Below are positions 1 to 8,255 of a stretch of DNA of 32,000 bases, in pieces. The notes under the pieces were generated by a model. That model searched no databases. It was given only the letters and a program-made list of their open reading frames with translations, and was not told the origin of the DNA. The stretch's first letter is position 1. Each line of letters begins with the position of its first letter. A program made the translations under genes and the position numbers. Origin of the DNA: an uncultured archaeon (GTDB lineage: Archaea; Iainarchaeota; Iainarchaeia; Iainarchaeales; JAAZKV01); assembly GCA_964551375.1 (NCBI GenBank), contig CAZKBG010000001.1:360001-392000 (forward strand). Direction: 5' to 3'.

Positions 1-606
1 GGAAGCCTTGAAACAAACCAGCTAACAATTGACCAGAAAAGAGGACTGTTAAATTTACTTTCAATGCCTGTTAATGCTTCAAGACTCCCTTCATTTTTCA
101 ACGAAAGCGTTCAATTAAGAACCACAATTGAAGGAATTTTCAGCGATGCAAAAAACAGCGACAGCTATGCTTCAACACTTGCTTCAAGAAAAAACAGAAA
201 CGAAGCATGGAAAGCATTATACGGATACAACGAAAGCCTTGTAAAACTTGACAAGAGCTTCACTACACTTGAAAACGCAAGCAACGCAATACTGCTTGAA
301 GAAAATGTGAATTTATGGGTTAATCAGGACGGAGTTGAGGCATTGAAAATAAACTGGAGCTCCGCAAAAAACAGATACAGCACTGCAGAATATGAAAAAG
401 CAAGGGATTTTGCGTCAAGAGCAAAAAAGAATGTTGAACAAATAATGGCTGAAGGAGTGGTTCCAGCAGTGGACAATTCGCAGGACTTAATAGTAAAAGT
501 AATAGGCGGGCTGATTGCAGCAGTGGTGATTATATTTGTTATTGAAAAACTATTCCTTAAGAAAAAGAAAAAACCGGAGGAATACGATGAAGCAGAATAT
601 AACTAA
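1..606 (+). CDS. C-terminally membrane-anchored extracellular protein, 5' end cut by the window edge
   Basis: Frame 1 is open from nt 1, with no stop before the listed Met at 64, so the CDS probably starts upstream of the window. It has several N-x-S/T sequons and one C-terminal hydrophobic helix (VIGGLIAAVVIIFVI) followed by KKKKK. No family recognised. Confidence 0.6.
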   Translation, partial: GSLETNQLTIDQKRGLLNLLSMPVNASRLPSFFNESVQLRTTIEGIFSDAKNSDSYASTLASRKNRNEAWKALYGYNESLVKLDKSFTTLENASNAILLEENVNLWVNQDGVEALKINWSSAKNRYSTAEYEKARDFASRAKKNVEQIMAEGVVPAVDNSQDLIVKVIGGLIAAVVIIFVIEKLFLKKKKKPEEYDEAEYN

Positions 607-1438
607 ACTAATATCAACTGCGCTGATGTTTTCGCTTGTCCTATTCATTGCATTAAATGTTAATTCCCAAATACTTGCAAGCGCATCAACTGACAAAAAG
701 ACTTTTGGAGAAAATGAAGTGGGGCTTTTGACTGTAAAATTAATGAACGACTCCGAAATTGAGCTTAAAGGAGTGGCGCTAAGAATACAGGGCGATGAAG
801 GAATAGTGTTTTATGAAGGAATGCAGGAAGTTCCGCTTTACCTAAAGACAATTGATTCATTAAAACAAAACGAAGTAAAGCAGATTGTCATAAAATTCAA
901 ATCTACTCTGGCAAAAAAGGCAACTTCAAACATTTACGCTTATTATGGAAAAGTATCAGAACTTACAACCGCATCAGTAACAATGATTGAAACAAAACCA
1001 AGCCCTGTTTTTATTGAAACAAGCACAAAAAGAAGCACTGTTAACTCAAACGAGCAGATAGAAATTGATTACACTCTTACAAACGGAAACAACACGCCAA
1101 TTTATGGAGTAAGCGCTGAAATGATTGCCCCAATCGGGTTTGAAATTATAACCCCTCAGGTAAAGGAAGAAGTTGTTTCTCCAAAAGGAGAAATGCACCA
1201 GAAATTCAAAGTAATCGCGCCCGAAAAATCGGCAGGAGAACAGCAAATAATAATTGCATACGGATACTTTGACGCAAACACTCCCCACTACTTTGAAAAA
1301 ACATTCAAATTCAATATTGAAAGACCAAATTACCAATTGATAATCCTTATCGGAGTAGTTGTGCTCATTGTCGCAGGATATTTATTTTTTAGAAAAGGAA
1401 AAGGCTCAGGCGTTGTAGGCACAGACGGCAAAAAATAG
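587..1438 (+). CDS. Secreted/membrane-anchored beta-rich surface protein (family not recognised; CARDB/S-layer-like is only a guess)
   Basis: ATG 587 lies 9 nt after GGAGG (573-577) and gives a signal/anchor-like N-terminus (MKQNITKLISTALMFSLVLFIALNV). The track start at 536 is less likely. There is a C-terminal TM helix plus a basic tail. The CDS overlaps the upstream CDS by 20 nt, suggesting an operon. Confidence 0.6.
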   Translation: MKQNITKLISTALMFSLVLFIALNVNSQILASASTDKKTFGENEVGLLTVKLMNDSEIELKGVALRIQGDEGIVFYEGMQEVPLYLKTIDSLKQNEVKQIVIKFKSTLAKKATSNIYAYYGKVSELTTASVTMIETKPSPVFIETSTKRSTVNSNEQIEIDYTLTNGNNTPIYGVSAEMIAPIGFEIITPQVKEEVVSPKGEMHQKFKVIAPEKSAGEQQIIIAYGYFDANTPHYFEKTFKFNIERPNYQLIILIGVVVLIVAGYLFFRKGKGSGVVGTDGKK

Positions 1439-1463
1439 TTCTCTAGAAAATAAACTGCTAAAA

Positions 1464-2546
1464 TTAAACTGCTATCTCAACAATATCCTTGTTTTTCAAA
1501 ACGTATTCAGGACCCACCCTCTGCCCTTCAAATTTAGCTGAGCCCCAAACTTTTGCAAATTTTAAATTCTTCGCAAAATCCTTGTGAAGAACCTGCGCAA
1601 CATCAAGAACTGTGGAGCCTTTTGGAAGAGCGAGCGGCTCATTCATATCAGCGTCATGCCCGGGGCGTTTTGTATAAACCAAAATCTTATCAAGCATCAA
1701 AAAGATTGCGTCCTTTAAATTTACAAGAAGATGGTCGGTGATATCATAAGGATTTACAAATAACGCTTTCTTATAGCAGATTTTTTCATTCATCGCTTCA
1801 GAAACCTCATTAAGCGAATTTATTTTTCCAGAAACAAGAACCTGCGCATTGTTAAATCCGGAATTTTTTAAGTACTGCTCAAGCTGCTCCGCGGGAAAGG
1901 CCAAGTGCTCTTTTCCGGACATTTGAATCCCGGGAAATGAAGAAACTTTAACTGAAATCGGAGGGCGGGTTTTATTTACATAAATATAGGACTTTGCAAG
2001 CTCCTCAACCAAAATTTTTCTATCCTCCGGAGAGTTAATTGTAAAAATAATTCCATCAGCATTTCTGATTACTCCAATAATTTCCCTCCCCCCTGCCTTG
2101 CCTTCGGAAGAGCCTTCAATCAAAGCAGGAAGCTCAACAAGCTGAATCATCGCGCCGTCATAAACAAACATTCCGGGAGCGGGCTCTTTTGTCGCAAAAG
2201 GATACGGAGTTACCTGGGCAACTTCTTTTCCAACAATTTTATTTAACAGCCAGCTTTTTCCAGAATTAGGCATCCCGACAATTACAATCTGCCCGGTGCC
2301 GTCTTTTTGAATATACATTGAAGGAGCGCTTCCACCTTTTTTGGCAGCATGCGCTTTCTGCTTTTCAAGCTCTGATTTTAATTCAGCAATCTTTTTTGTC
2401 AAATCATATCTTAAATTTTCAGCGCCTTTATGAGTAGGCGCGTGAGATTTCATTTCAAGAAGAGCAACAAGCTTTTCTTCAGGAGTCTTTGCTTCATAAT
2501 ACTTCTTCTGCGCAACGCCGTATTCAATTGATGCATTTGAAGGCAT
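1464..2546 (-). CDS. DRG/Rbg1-family (Obg-like) GTPase with C-terminal TGS domain
   Basis: P-loop GMPNSGKS. The downstream motifs LVELPALIEGSSEGKAGGRE match the DRG pattern DxPG..eGAs.GkGrGr. An N-terminal helical region is present. The C-terminal TGS-like block is GSTVLDVAQVLHKDFAKNLKFAKVWGSAKFEGQRVGPEYVLKNKDIVEI. Confidence 0.85.
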   Translation of the reverse strand: MPSNASIEYGVAQKKYYEAKTPEEKLVALLEMKSHAPTHKGAENLRYDLTKKIAELKSELEKQKAHAAKKGGSAPSMYIQKDGTGQIVIVGMPNSGKSWLLNKIVGKEVAQVTPYPFATKEPAPGMFVYDGAMIQLVELPALIEGSSEGKAGGREIIGVIRNADGIIFTINSPEDRKILVEELAKSYIYVNKTRPPISVKVSSFPGIQMSGKEHLAFPAEQLEQYLKNSGFNNAQVLVSGKINSLNEVSEAMNEKICYKKALFVNPYDITDHLLVNLKDAIFLMLDKILVYTKRPGHDADMNEPLALPKGSTVLDVAQVLHKDFAKNLKFAKVWGSAKFEGQRVGPEYVLKNKDIVEIAV

Positions 2547-2642
2547 ACTATAAACTGCATCAGAAAGGTTAAAAAAAGTGAATTTTGGACAAAAACAGCT
2601 GCAAATCAGATATGAAAGAAAGAAGTTGCTATTTTACTTGAA

Positions 2643-3227
2643 CTATTTCTCAGCCTTTAGAACAACAAGCTCTTCAAAAAACAATTTTTTCTTCCCTATA
2701 TTTTTAACAGAATATCCTTTTTTTGAAAGAATCTGGGAAATATCATCAACCTTATTCAAAGAAGAAAGAAGAATCATAATAACCCCGTTCTCTGAAAGGT
2801 AGTTATCCACATTTTCCAAAAATGCGTCAATTACTTCCCTGCCGTTCTCCCCGCCGTCAAGATCGCTCCACTTAATTTCATCGGAAGGAACATAGGGCGG
2901 ATTAAATGCTATAAAATCAAATTTTCCTTTGGTGTTTGAAAATAAATTACTTTCAATAATGGAGTGATTAAAATTCTGTCCAACAATTTGAGTGCTGTTT
3001 TCCATAAGCCCTTTGGCATACTTTTCAACAGCAGATTTTGTTTCGCTTAATGCGGTCACATTAACATCAGCAGAAATAACTTCCTTTGCGCCAGATTTAA
3101 TCATTGCCACAGACTGAATCCCGCTTCCGCACCCGATATCAAGACATCTCTTGCCCTTGAGGCTTTCTTTTAGAATACACTGCTCAAGAAGCCATGAATC
3201 TTCATCCGGACGATACACTTCAGCCAT
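2643..3227 (-). CDS. Class I SAM-dependent methyltransferase, HemK/Mtq2-like (release-factor glutamine N5-methyltransferase type)
   Basis: SAM motif I is LDIGCGSGIQS and the catalytic motif is FNPPY. The short 194-aa length has no room for a DNA target-recognition domain. SD-like GGTGGA lies upstream of the ATG, and the gene starts 12 nt downstream of the PLD gene on the same strand. Confidence 0.75.
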   Translation of the reverse strand: MAEVYRPDEDSWLLEQCILKESLKGKRCLDIGCGSGIQSVAMIKSGAKEVISADVNVTALSETKSAVEKYAKGLMENSTQIVGQNFNHSIIESNLFSNTKGKFDFIAFNPPYVPSDEIKWSDLDGGENGREVIDAFLENVDNYLSENGVIMILLSSLNKVDDISQILSKKGYSVKNIGKKKLFFEELVVLKAEK

Positions 3228-3239
3228 TTATCCACCATT

Positions 3240-3890
3240 TTACTGAACCCGATCCGACAAATCCCAAATCTTGTCAAAATCTTCTTTATACTTCTTTGCA
3301 ATTTCCGGGTTTTCTATAAAAACCAAATTCTCCTCATTTTTAGTATCAGCATTCTGGGAATAATTAAACGAACCAGTTGCAACAATTGTTCCATCAATTA
3401 TTGTAAATTTATTATGCATATACCCTTTGCCGTTTCTAAGCGAAACAGGCGTCCCCGCCTGCGCAAGATACTCATCATCGCTCGCATCATTCATGCTCTG
3501 GTCCTTGTCAAAAATAACTTTTACATCAACGCCCCTTTCTTTAGCTTTTAAAACAGCATCCGCAATCCCGTCATGTGTAAAAGAATAAATTGCGATATAA
3601 AGCGAACTTTTGGCCGAATCAATCTTTGAAATCAAATGATTTGCGCAAGAATCAGCCGGACAAAAATAAACTTCAACATTACTCTCCGCCGGTTTTGCAG
3701 CAACGCTTGCGCTGTTTGAATCCCCAAAACTAAAAAAAGAAGAAGCTGCTTTTGAATAATTTGAATCAATTCCAGTAAAACTTGTATTGTCCTCTCTTGC
3801 CGCAAATATTACAAAAAGAGCAAGAACAATTGCGATTACAAGGATAAGCATTCCCGAGCCTATTTTTTTCTCTCCAAATTTTGCGCCCAT
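3240..3890 (-). CDS. Phospholipase D-family, Nuc-like single-HKD endonuclease with N-terminal membrane anchor
   Basis: One complete HKD motif is present: HNKFTIIDGTIVATGSFNYS (HxKxxxxDxxxxxxGSxN). There is an N-terminal TM/signal anchor (GMLILVIAIVLALFVIFAA). The size and single motif match Nuc-type dimeric nucleases. Confidence 0.8.
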   Translation of the reverse strand: MGAKFGEKKIGSGMLILVIAIVLALFVIFAAREDNTSFTGIDSNYSKAASSFFSFGDSNSASVAAKPAESNVEVYFCPADSCANHLISKIDSAKSSLYIAIYSFTHDGIADAVLKAKERGVDVKVIFDKDQSMNDASDDEYLAQAGTPVSLRNGKGYMHNKFTIIDGTIVATGSFNYSQNADTKNEENLVFIENPEIAKKYKEDFDKIWDLSDRVQ

Positions 3891-3944
3891 AGCATTAAAC
3901 TATGGAAAAATGTCTTTTTATCACTTTCGAAACACTTCGACAGT

Positions 3945-4700
3945 ATGTACTACGACGCCCACAGCCACCTTGACTTAATGGATGAAAAAGAACTTGAAAT
4001 TACACTCCAAAAAGCAGGCGAAATCGGGCTTAAAGAAGTCATTTCCTGCGCAACAAACTTCCCATCAAACCAAAAAAACCTTGAACTCGCCAAAAAAATA
4101 CCCCTAATAAAACCAGCAATAGGAATATACCCTCTTGACGCTGTAGAATTTCGCGAACTGGAGCTTGACAAAGCATTTTACTTTTTTAAATCAGAAGCAA
4201 AAAACGCAGTTGCAATAGGGGAAGTCGGGCTTGACTTTAAGTACTGCACAAAGGAAGAAGAACAGAAAAAACAGACGCAAATATTTTCAAGATTTATTTC
4301 GCTTTCAAATGAAACCAACAAACCATTAATAATACACTCAAGATTTGCCCAAAGACAGGTTCTTGAACTGCTAAAAAAGGAAAATGCAAAAAAAGCGCTT
4401 TTGCACTCATTTGTTGATTCAAAAAAACTTATGACTGCTGCAGTAAACGAAGGATATTATGTTTCAGTCGGATTGAGCGTTCTTTACAGCGAAGAAGCGC
4501 AGAAAAACATCAAAGAATTTCCGATTGAACGGCTCCTTTTTGAAACTGATTCCCCAATAAGATTCAACGGAGAAAAAGCAAATCCTTCAAAAATAATTGA
4601 AGTTGCAAAAAAAGTCGCTGAGATAAAATCAATTGACCTTGATACGATTGTAAAACAACAGGAAAAAAATTATAAAAAACTTTTTTACACCAAAAATTGA
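3945..4700 (+). CDS. tatD: TatD-family metal-dependent hydrolase/DNase
   Basis: The TatD metal-ligand series appears in order: YYDAHSHLD, EVGLDF, IIHSR, LLHSF, ETDSP. Length is 251 aa. Confidence 0.85.
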   Translation: MYYDAHSHLDLMDEKELEITLQKAGEIGLKEVISCATNFPSNQKNLELAKKIPLIKPAIGIYPLDAVEFRELELDKAFYFFKSEAKNAVAIGEVGLDFKYCTKEEEQKKQTQIFSRFISLSNETNKPLIIHSRFAQRQVLELLKKENAKKALLHSFVDSKKLMTAAVNEGYYVSVGLSVLYSEEAQKNIKEFPIERLLFETDSPIRFNGEKANPSKIIEVAKKVAEIKSIDLDTIVKQQEKNYKKLFYTKN

Positions 4701-4722
4701 TAAAATAAAAAAATTCCCTGTT

Positions 4723-5238
4723 TTACAAAAGCTTTTTGTAATTATACTGGGCTAAGTGCTTCTCAATATCCTTGTAAGATTTTCCACAGAGCATTCCGCC
4801 AGCAATAAATTCCTTATCAGTCACTTCAACAAGACACAAATCAGGCATCTTAAACGCGTACATTTCAGATTCCTTGTTGAACTTAAATCCCATGAGAACA
4901 AGACCGTGCAAATCTCCCCTAAAAACATCAATCTCCGCAATTCTTCCTTTGTAATTGTAATAATACCTGAATTTATGAACCCTTTTTCCTTTAATTTCTT
5001 TTTCAAGCGCGCAAAATTCGCCTTCAGTAATCGAAATGCTCTCCTCAAGAAGCTTAGAATGATCATCTTCCTCCACTTCATACTTTCGAGTAATTTCGTA
5101 TTTATCTCCGTGCTCTCGGATTCGAATCCTTGGATAATCAAAATAAGAAGGAATGTAAATGTCAAGAATCTCAACCTTTTTGCTTCTTATAAGGCTTGGA
5201 AGCGACTTTGCCAAAAACGTTCTTTCAAGTTTAATCAT
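4723..5238 (-). CDS. CYTH-domain protein (triphosphate tunnel metalloenzyme; CyaB/ThTPase-like)
   Basis: N-terminal IKLERTFLA matches the CYTH ExExK-type start. Later blocks are RIRIRE..YEITRK, KFRYYYNY and EIDVFRGDLHGLVLMGFKF. The roughly 170-aa size is typical. Confidence 0.7.
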   Translation of the reverse strand: MIKLERTFLAKSLPSLIRSKKVEILDIYIPSYFDYPRIRIREHGDKYEITRKYEVEEDDHSKLLEESISITEGEFCALEKEIKGKRVHKFRYYYNYKGRIAEIDVFRGDLHGLVLMGFKFNKESEMYAFKMPDLCLVEVTDKEFIAGGMLCGKSYKDIEKHLAQYNYKKLL

Positions 5239-5368
5239 ATACAGATACCTGCCTGCCCACTATTTAATCTTTTCACTTAAAAAAAATCAAGTAGCGAAAA
5301 AGCAGTCTAAAAATGGGCAACCGCAAGTTTTATAATTATCAGCCAAAGGAAATATTTAAGTGAAATTC

Positions 5369-5671
5369 ATGATACTTGTTTTCCTGATAATTTTGATAAT
5401 GGCGTTAATAATCGCAAACATACTAATTGCGGCAGTAAAACCAAGAAACGCGGGCGAAAAAGGATTTGCAAACCCGACAGATTATCAAATTGAAGAGCCT
5501 GAAGTAATTGTTGAGCACCTTACTGGATTAAAAGAAAACCACGCAATATTAACCGGCGCAATAACTGCAACAAACAAAAAAATGGATCTTCTTAATGAAA
5601 GGCTCACCACTCTTGAAAAAGTGGTGATGGCGATAACCCAGCAGAAGCTTTCAGAAAAAAAATCTGATTGA
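5369..5671 (+). CDS. Small N-terminally anchored membrane protein with coiled-coil tail
   Basis: Hydrophobic N-terminus MILVFLIILIMALIIANILIAAV, then a charged helical region. The track start at 5360 is a GTG and the first ATG is at 5369. A TATA-like TTTTATAATT lies about 40 nt upstream. No family recognised. Confidence 0.5.
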   Translation: MILVFLIILIMALIIANILIAAVKPRNAGEKGFANPTDYQIEEPEVIVEHLTGLKENHAILTGAITATNKKMDLLNERLTTLEKVVMAITQQKLSEKKSD

Positions 5672-5719
5672 ACAAACCCCAATCTATACTAATATAAACT
5701 TCAAAACCAAATCTAACTA

Positions 5720-6385
5720 ATGGATAAGCCGTTTATTATTTACCTAATCTGGGCAGTAATTGCAATAAGCATCTCTTTTCTAAACAGCGGACCAAGCCCT
5801 GATACAATTACTCACACACTCATAATTGGATTCATTGGAATTCAAATAGCGCTTTTCCCGCGGCTTGAAAAACTCAAAAAATCTTTTTCTCCAAAAAAAT
5901 TATTCTTTATAATATCCCTGATTTCTGCATGCGCAGTAGAAGGATTTTACATGATTTCAAATCCTGTTTTTAGAAATCTGCAGATAACTTCCTCAACGAG
6001 CCTCTTTCAAATATTGCCCAATTATCTTATTGACCTTTTATTCACCTTCCCCGCGTATGTCATAGTATTTTTAGTAATCTGGCACTTCATAAACAAATAC
6101 AAATACAAAAACTGGGAATACATTATCTTTATCGGGCTCGGGCAGGCTCTTGGAGACGGAGGGGCATATTTTTTTACAAATCCTTTTATGCTGATTTTCA
6201 TACCTTATATTATGCTAAACTACCACGCAATGAACTCGACAGGATACTTTTTAATAAAACAGGAATTAAACCCGAAAAACAACAGCAGACTAAAATACAT
6301 CATCCCGCCATTGTGCATAATTATTGCTTACTTAATATGCGGGGCAACGATTAAACTCATCGGACAATCAATAGGATTAGTTTAG
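5720..6385 (+). CDS. Polytopic membrane protein, unknown family
   Basis: 221-aa ORF with about six hydrophobic segments and no competing ORF. Confidence 0.6.
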   Translation: MDKPFIIYLIWAVIAISISFLNSGPSPDTITHTLIIGFIGIQIALFPRLEKLKKSFSPKKLFFIISLISACAVEGFYMISNPVFRNLQITSSTSLFQILPNYLIDLLFTFPAYVIVFLVIWHFINKYKYKNWEYIIFIGLGQALGDGGAYFFTNPFMLIFIPYIMLNYHAMNSTGYFLIKQELNPKNNSRLKYIIPPLCIIIAYLICGATIKLIGQSIGLV

Positions 6386-6577
6386 ACAAGGCTATCTGTG
6401 TTTGTTTCGACTGATTCAAATACAAAAAGTTCCTCAGAGTTGGATTAAATCATCAAGGGCTAAGAGCCTCCGCAGGGATTTACTTCATCACAGGAACAAA
6501 ATAATACTGAACAGAATCATTTAAAAATAATAAAACTGGACAAAACCAGCCAATAAGCCAACGCTTTTAAAGAAAAA

Positions 6578-7372
6578 ATGCATAAAATTATCATGAACCG
6601 CAATTTAACCGGATTAATGCTATTTGCCCTTATTGCAGGCATAGTTATGCTGTTTGGATGCGACAAGCCACCACAAAACGATTTGCCAGCGTATTTTGAA
6701 ATTATAGACCAAAAAGCATCAAGCTTTGAAGAAGTAATAATTGCAAACAGCGGGGAATATTTTTTAAAAACAGGAAAAGAAAACCTTGATTTAAACAACA
6801 CTGTTTTTGCCGGAGAAATTAGCCCCTCAAAAGGAAAAGAACTGCTCAAGTCGGCAATAGAATTATCAAAAAAAGGCATTGAGTGCAATGAACAAATGAT
6901 AATGAAAGAATTAATTGTATTTGACAAAAGCAGCACTTCAAAAAAATGCTTTGATTTAAATGACGCATCGTTTGATGATTTAATGGCAAGCTCAAAAAAT
7001 GAAGCTTTAAAAAATCCTCCAAAAGTAAACTTCTTCCTTCACTTAATATACAACGAAAAATCCGCAGCAAGCGATTATCATGTCCACTCAAACGGGCTTG
7101 TAATAAAAACTTTTTATACTTTCTCAAACGGGCTTGGATCCTCCCAAATTCTTCGCCTTCCAAATGAAAAAATAAATGAATTAATTGCCCTCTCAAATGA
7201 TGAAGTGCTTATGCAGGACAGCGACTGTACATTTGGCAATGGTGAATATGATTACGCAGAGATTCAGAGGAATTTTGAGTATAATTATTACATAAACTGC
7301 AGCACTGTTTCGGCAGAGAAGAAAGAATTCTTTGAAAAAGCTCATAAAATTCTTGAGGATGATGCAAAATGA
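6578..7372 (+). CDS. Putative lipoprotein/secreted protein, unknown family
   Basis: Signal peptide ends in a lipobox-like LFGC|DKPP. The mature part is hydrophilic. Its stop overlaps the next start (ATGA at 7369-7372). Confidence 0.65.
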   Translation: MHKIIMNRNLTGLMLFALIAGIVMLFGCDKPPQNDLPAYFEIIDQKASSFEEVIIANSGEYFLKTGKENLDLNNTVFAGEISPSKGKELLKSAIELSKKGIECNEQMIMKELIVFDKSSTSKKCFDLNDASFDDLMASSKNEALKNPPKVNFFLHLIYNEKSAASDYHVHSNGLVIKTFYTFSNGLGSSQILRLPNEKINELIALSNDEVLMQDSDCTFGNGEYDYAEIQRNFEYNYYINCSTVSAEKKEFFEKAHKILEDDAK

Positions 7373-8250
7373 AAAAAACAATAATTATTTTTGGAATTAT
7401 TCTTGCTGCGCTTAACGCGCATGCTATCGCAATCATTCCTCCCGCGCTTTATGTCGCATCATTATCAATAATCGCGTTTATTTCAAATATTTTAATTACC
7501 ACCGCAGTGTTTGCCGCCGCAAAAGGCGCTTTTGGAACAGGCAAAGTTGGAAAAAACTTTTCCTCAAAGCTGAATTTGATTCTTGAAATAATCGGAAACG
7601 CAGTTCTGATAGTAATATCCATAACAATTGCAGTGTTTGCAATAAATCCAATCACTCTTGAAGATTCAATACTTGCAGGAATTATTGCCGCACTAATAAC
7701 GCTTGGAATTCTTTTACTCAACGCATACAAACGCCTTTCTATTGTTAAAAAAAATGAAAAAAAATCAATTTTAACAGGGCTTTTTGCAGTATTCGCATTT
7801 GTAATAATAGCAGGAAGCATAGCAGCCTATTCATCAGTGGAATTAAAAGCAGTTTCAAGTAATTATGGACAAAATAAACAAACCCCTATTTTAGAAGATA
7901 TTTCAAATTCCATTTCAAACAGCATAAGCGCGCCTTCGCAGTCAATGGCGAAGCAGGACTCGTTAAATGAAGCAAACAAAGGACTGGCAGGAGGAACAAG
8001 CGCTGTTGAAGAAAAAGATTTGCCAGCCGAACCGTCAGAACTCATATTCATCCCAACAAATTCAGGCGAATGCAGAATAGAATCAGAAACCCATTCAATT
8101 TCAATTACTCCAAAAACCAACTGCGTCATAGTTCAAAACGGACTGCGGACAAAAACATTCTGCCCAATAATCATTTTGGCTGACGATTTCTATCCAGATA
8201 AAAACATAACTTCAAGCGGTTCATGCAGTGATGAATATAATTTAAGCTGA
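7369..8250 (+). CDS. Membrane protein: signal peptide, about four Ala/Ile/Gly-rich TM helices, Ser/Cys-containing C-terminal ectodomain
   Basis: N-terminus MKKTIIIFGIILAALNAHA|IA, followed by several hydrophobic helices and an SNSISNSIS linker. Translationally coupled to the upstream gene (ATGA) and 5 nt from the downstream gene. Confidence 0.65.
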   Translation: MKKTIIIFGIILAALNAHAIAIIPPALYVASLSIIAFISNILITTAVFAAAKGAFGTGKVGKNFSSKLNLILEIIGNAVLIVISITIAVFAINPITLEDSILAGIIAALITLGILLLNAYKRLSIVKKNEKKSILTGLFAVFAFVIIAGSIAAYSSVELKAVSSNYGQNKQTPILEDISNSISNSISAPSQSMAKQDSLNEANKGLAGGTSAVEEKDLPAEPSELIFIPTNSGECRIESETHSISITPKTNCVIVQNGLRTKTFCPIIILADDFYPDKNITSSGSCSDEYNLS

Positions 8251-8255
8251 TTTTT

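Noticed and set aside
536-586. Track start codons at 536 (ORF 2), 29398 (ppdK), 26150, 5360, 11503 and 15254
   Set aside because: These are upstream alternative (GTG/TTG) or poorly placed starts. Downstream ATGs with SD-like motifs, or N-termini that match family expectations, were preferred. Exact starts remain uncertain without experimental or comparative data.
2643-3890. NPPY methyltransferase adjacent to a PLD-family nuclease, considered as a possible BfiI-like restriction-modification pair
   Set aside because: The methylase is only 194 aa, with no room for a DNA target-recognition domain, and fits the Mtq2/HemK protein-glutamine methylase size class. The PLD protein has an N-terminal membrane anchor, suggesting an extracellular location. 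The downstream DRG GTPase fits a translation-related housekeeping context.
4756-5280. 174-aa + strand ORF, and the 117-aa minus-strand ORF at 4821-5174, overlapping the CYTH gene
   Set aside because: These are shadow ORFs. Their translations are low-complexity (Phe/Asn/Ser/Lys-rich) with no motifs, whereas the minus-strand 171-aa frame carries recognisable CYTH blocks.
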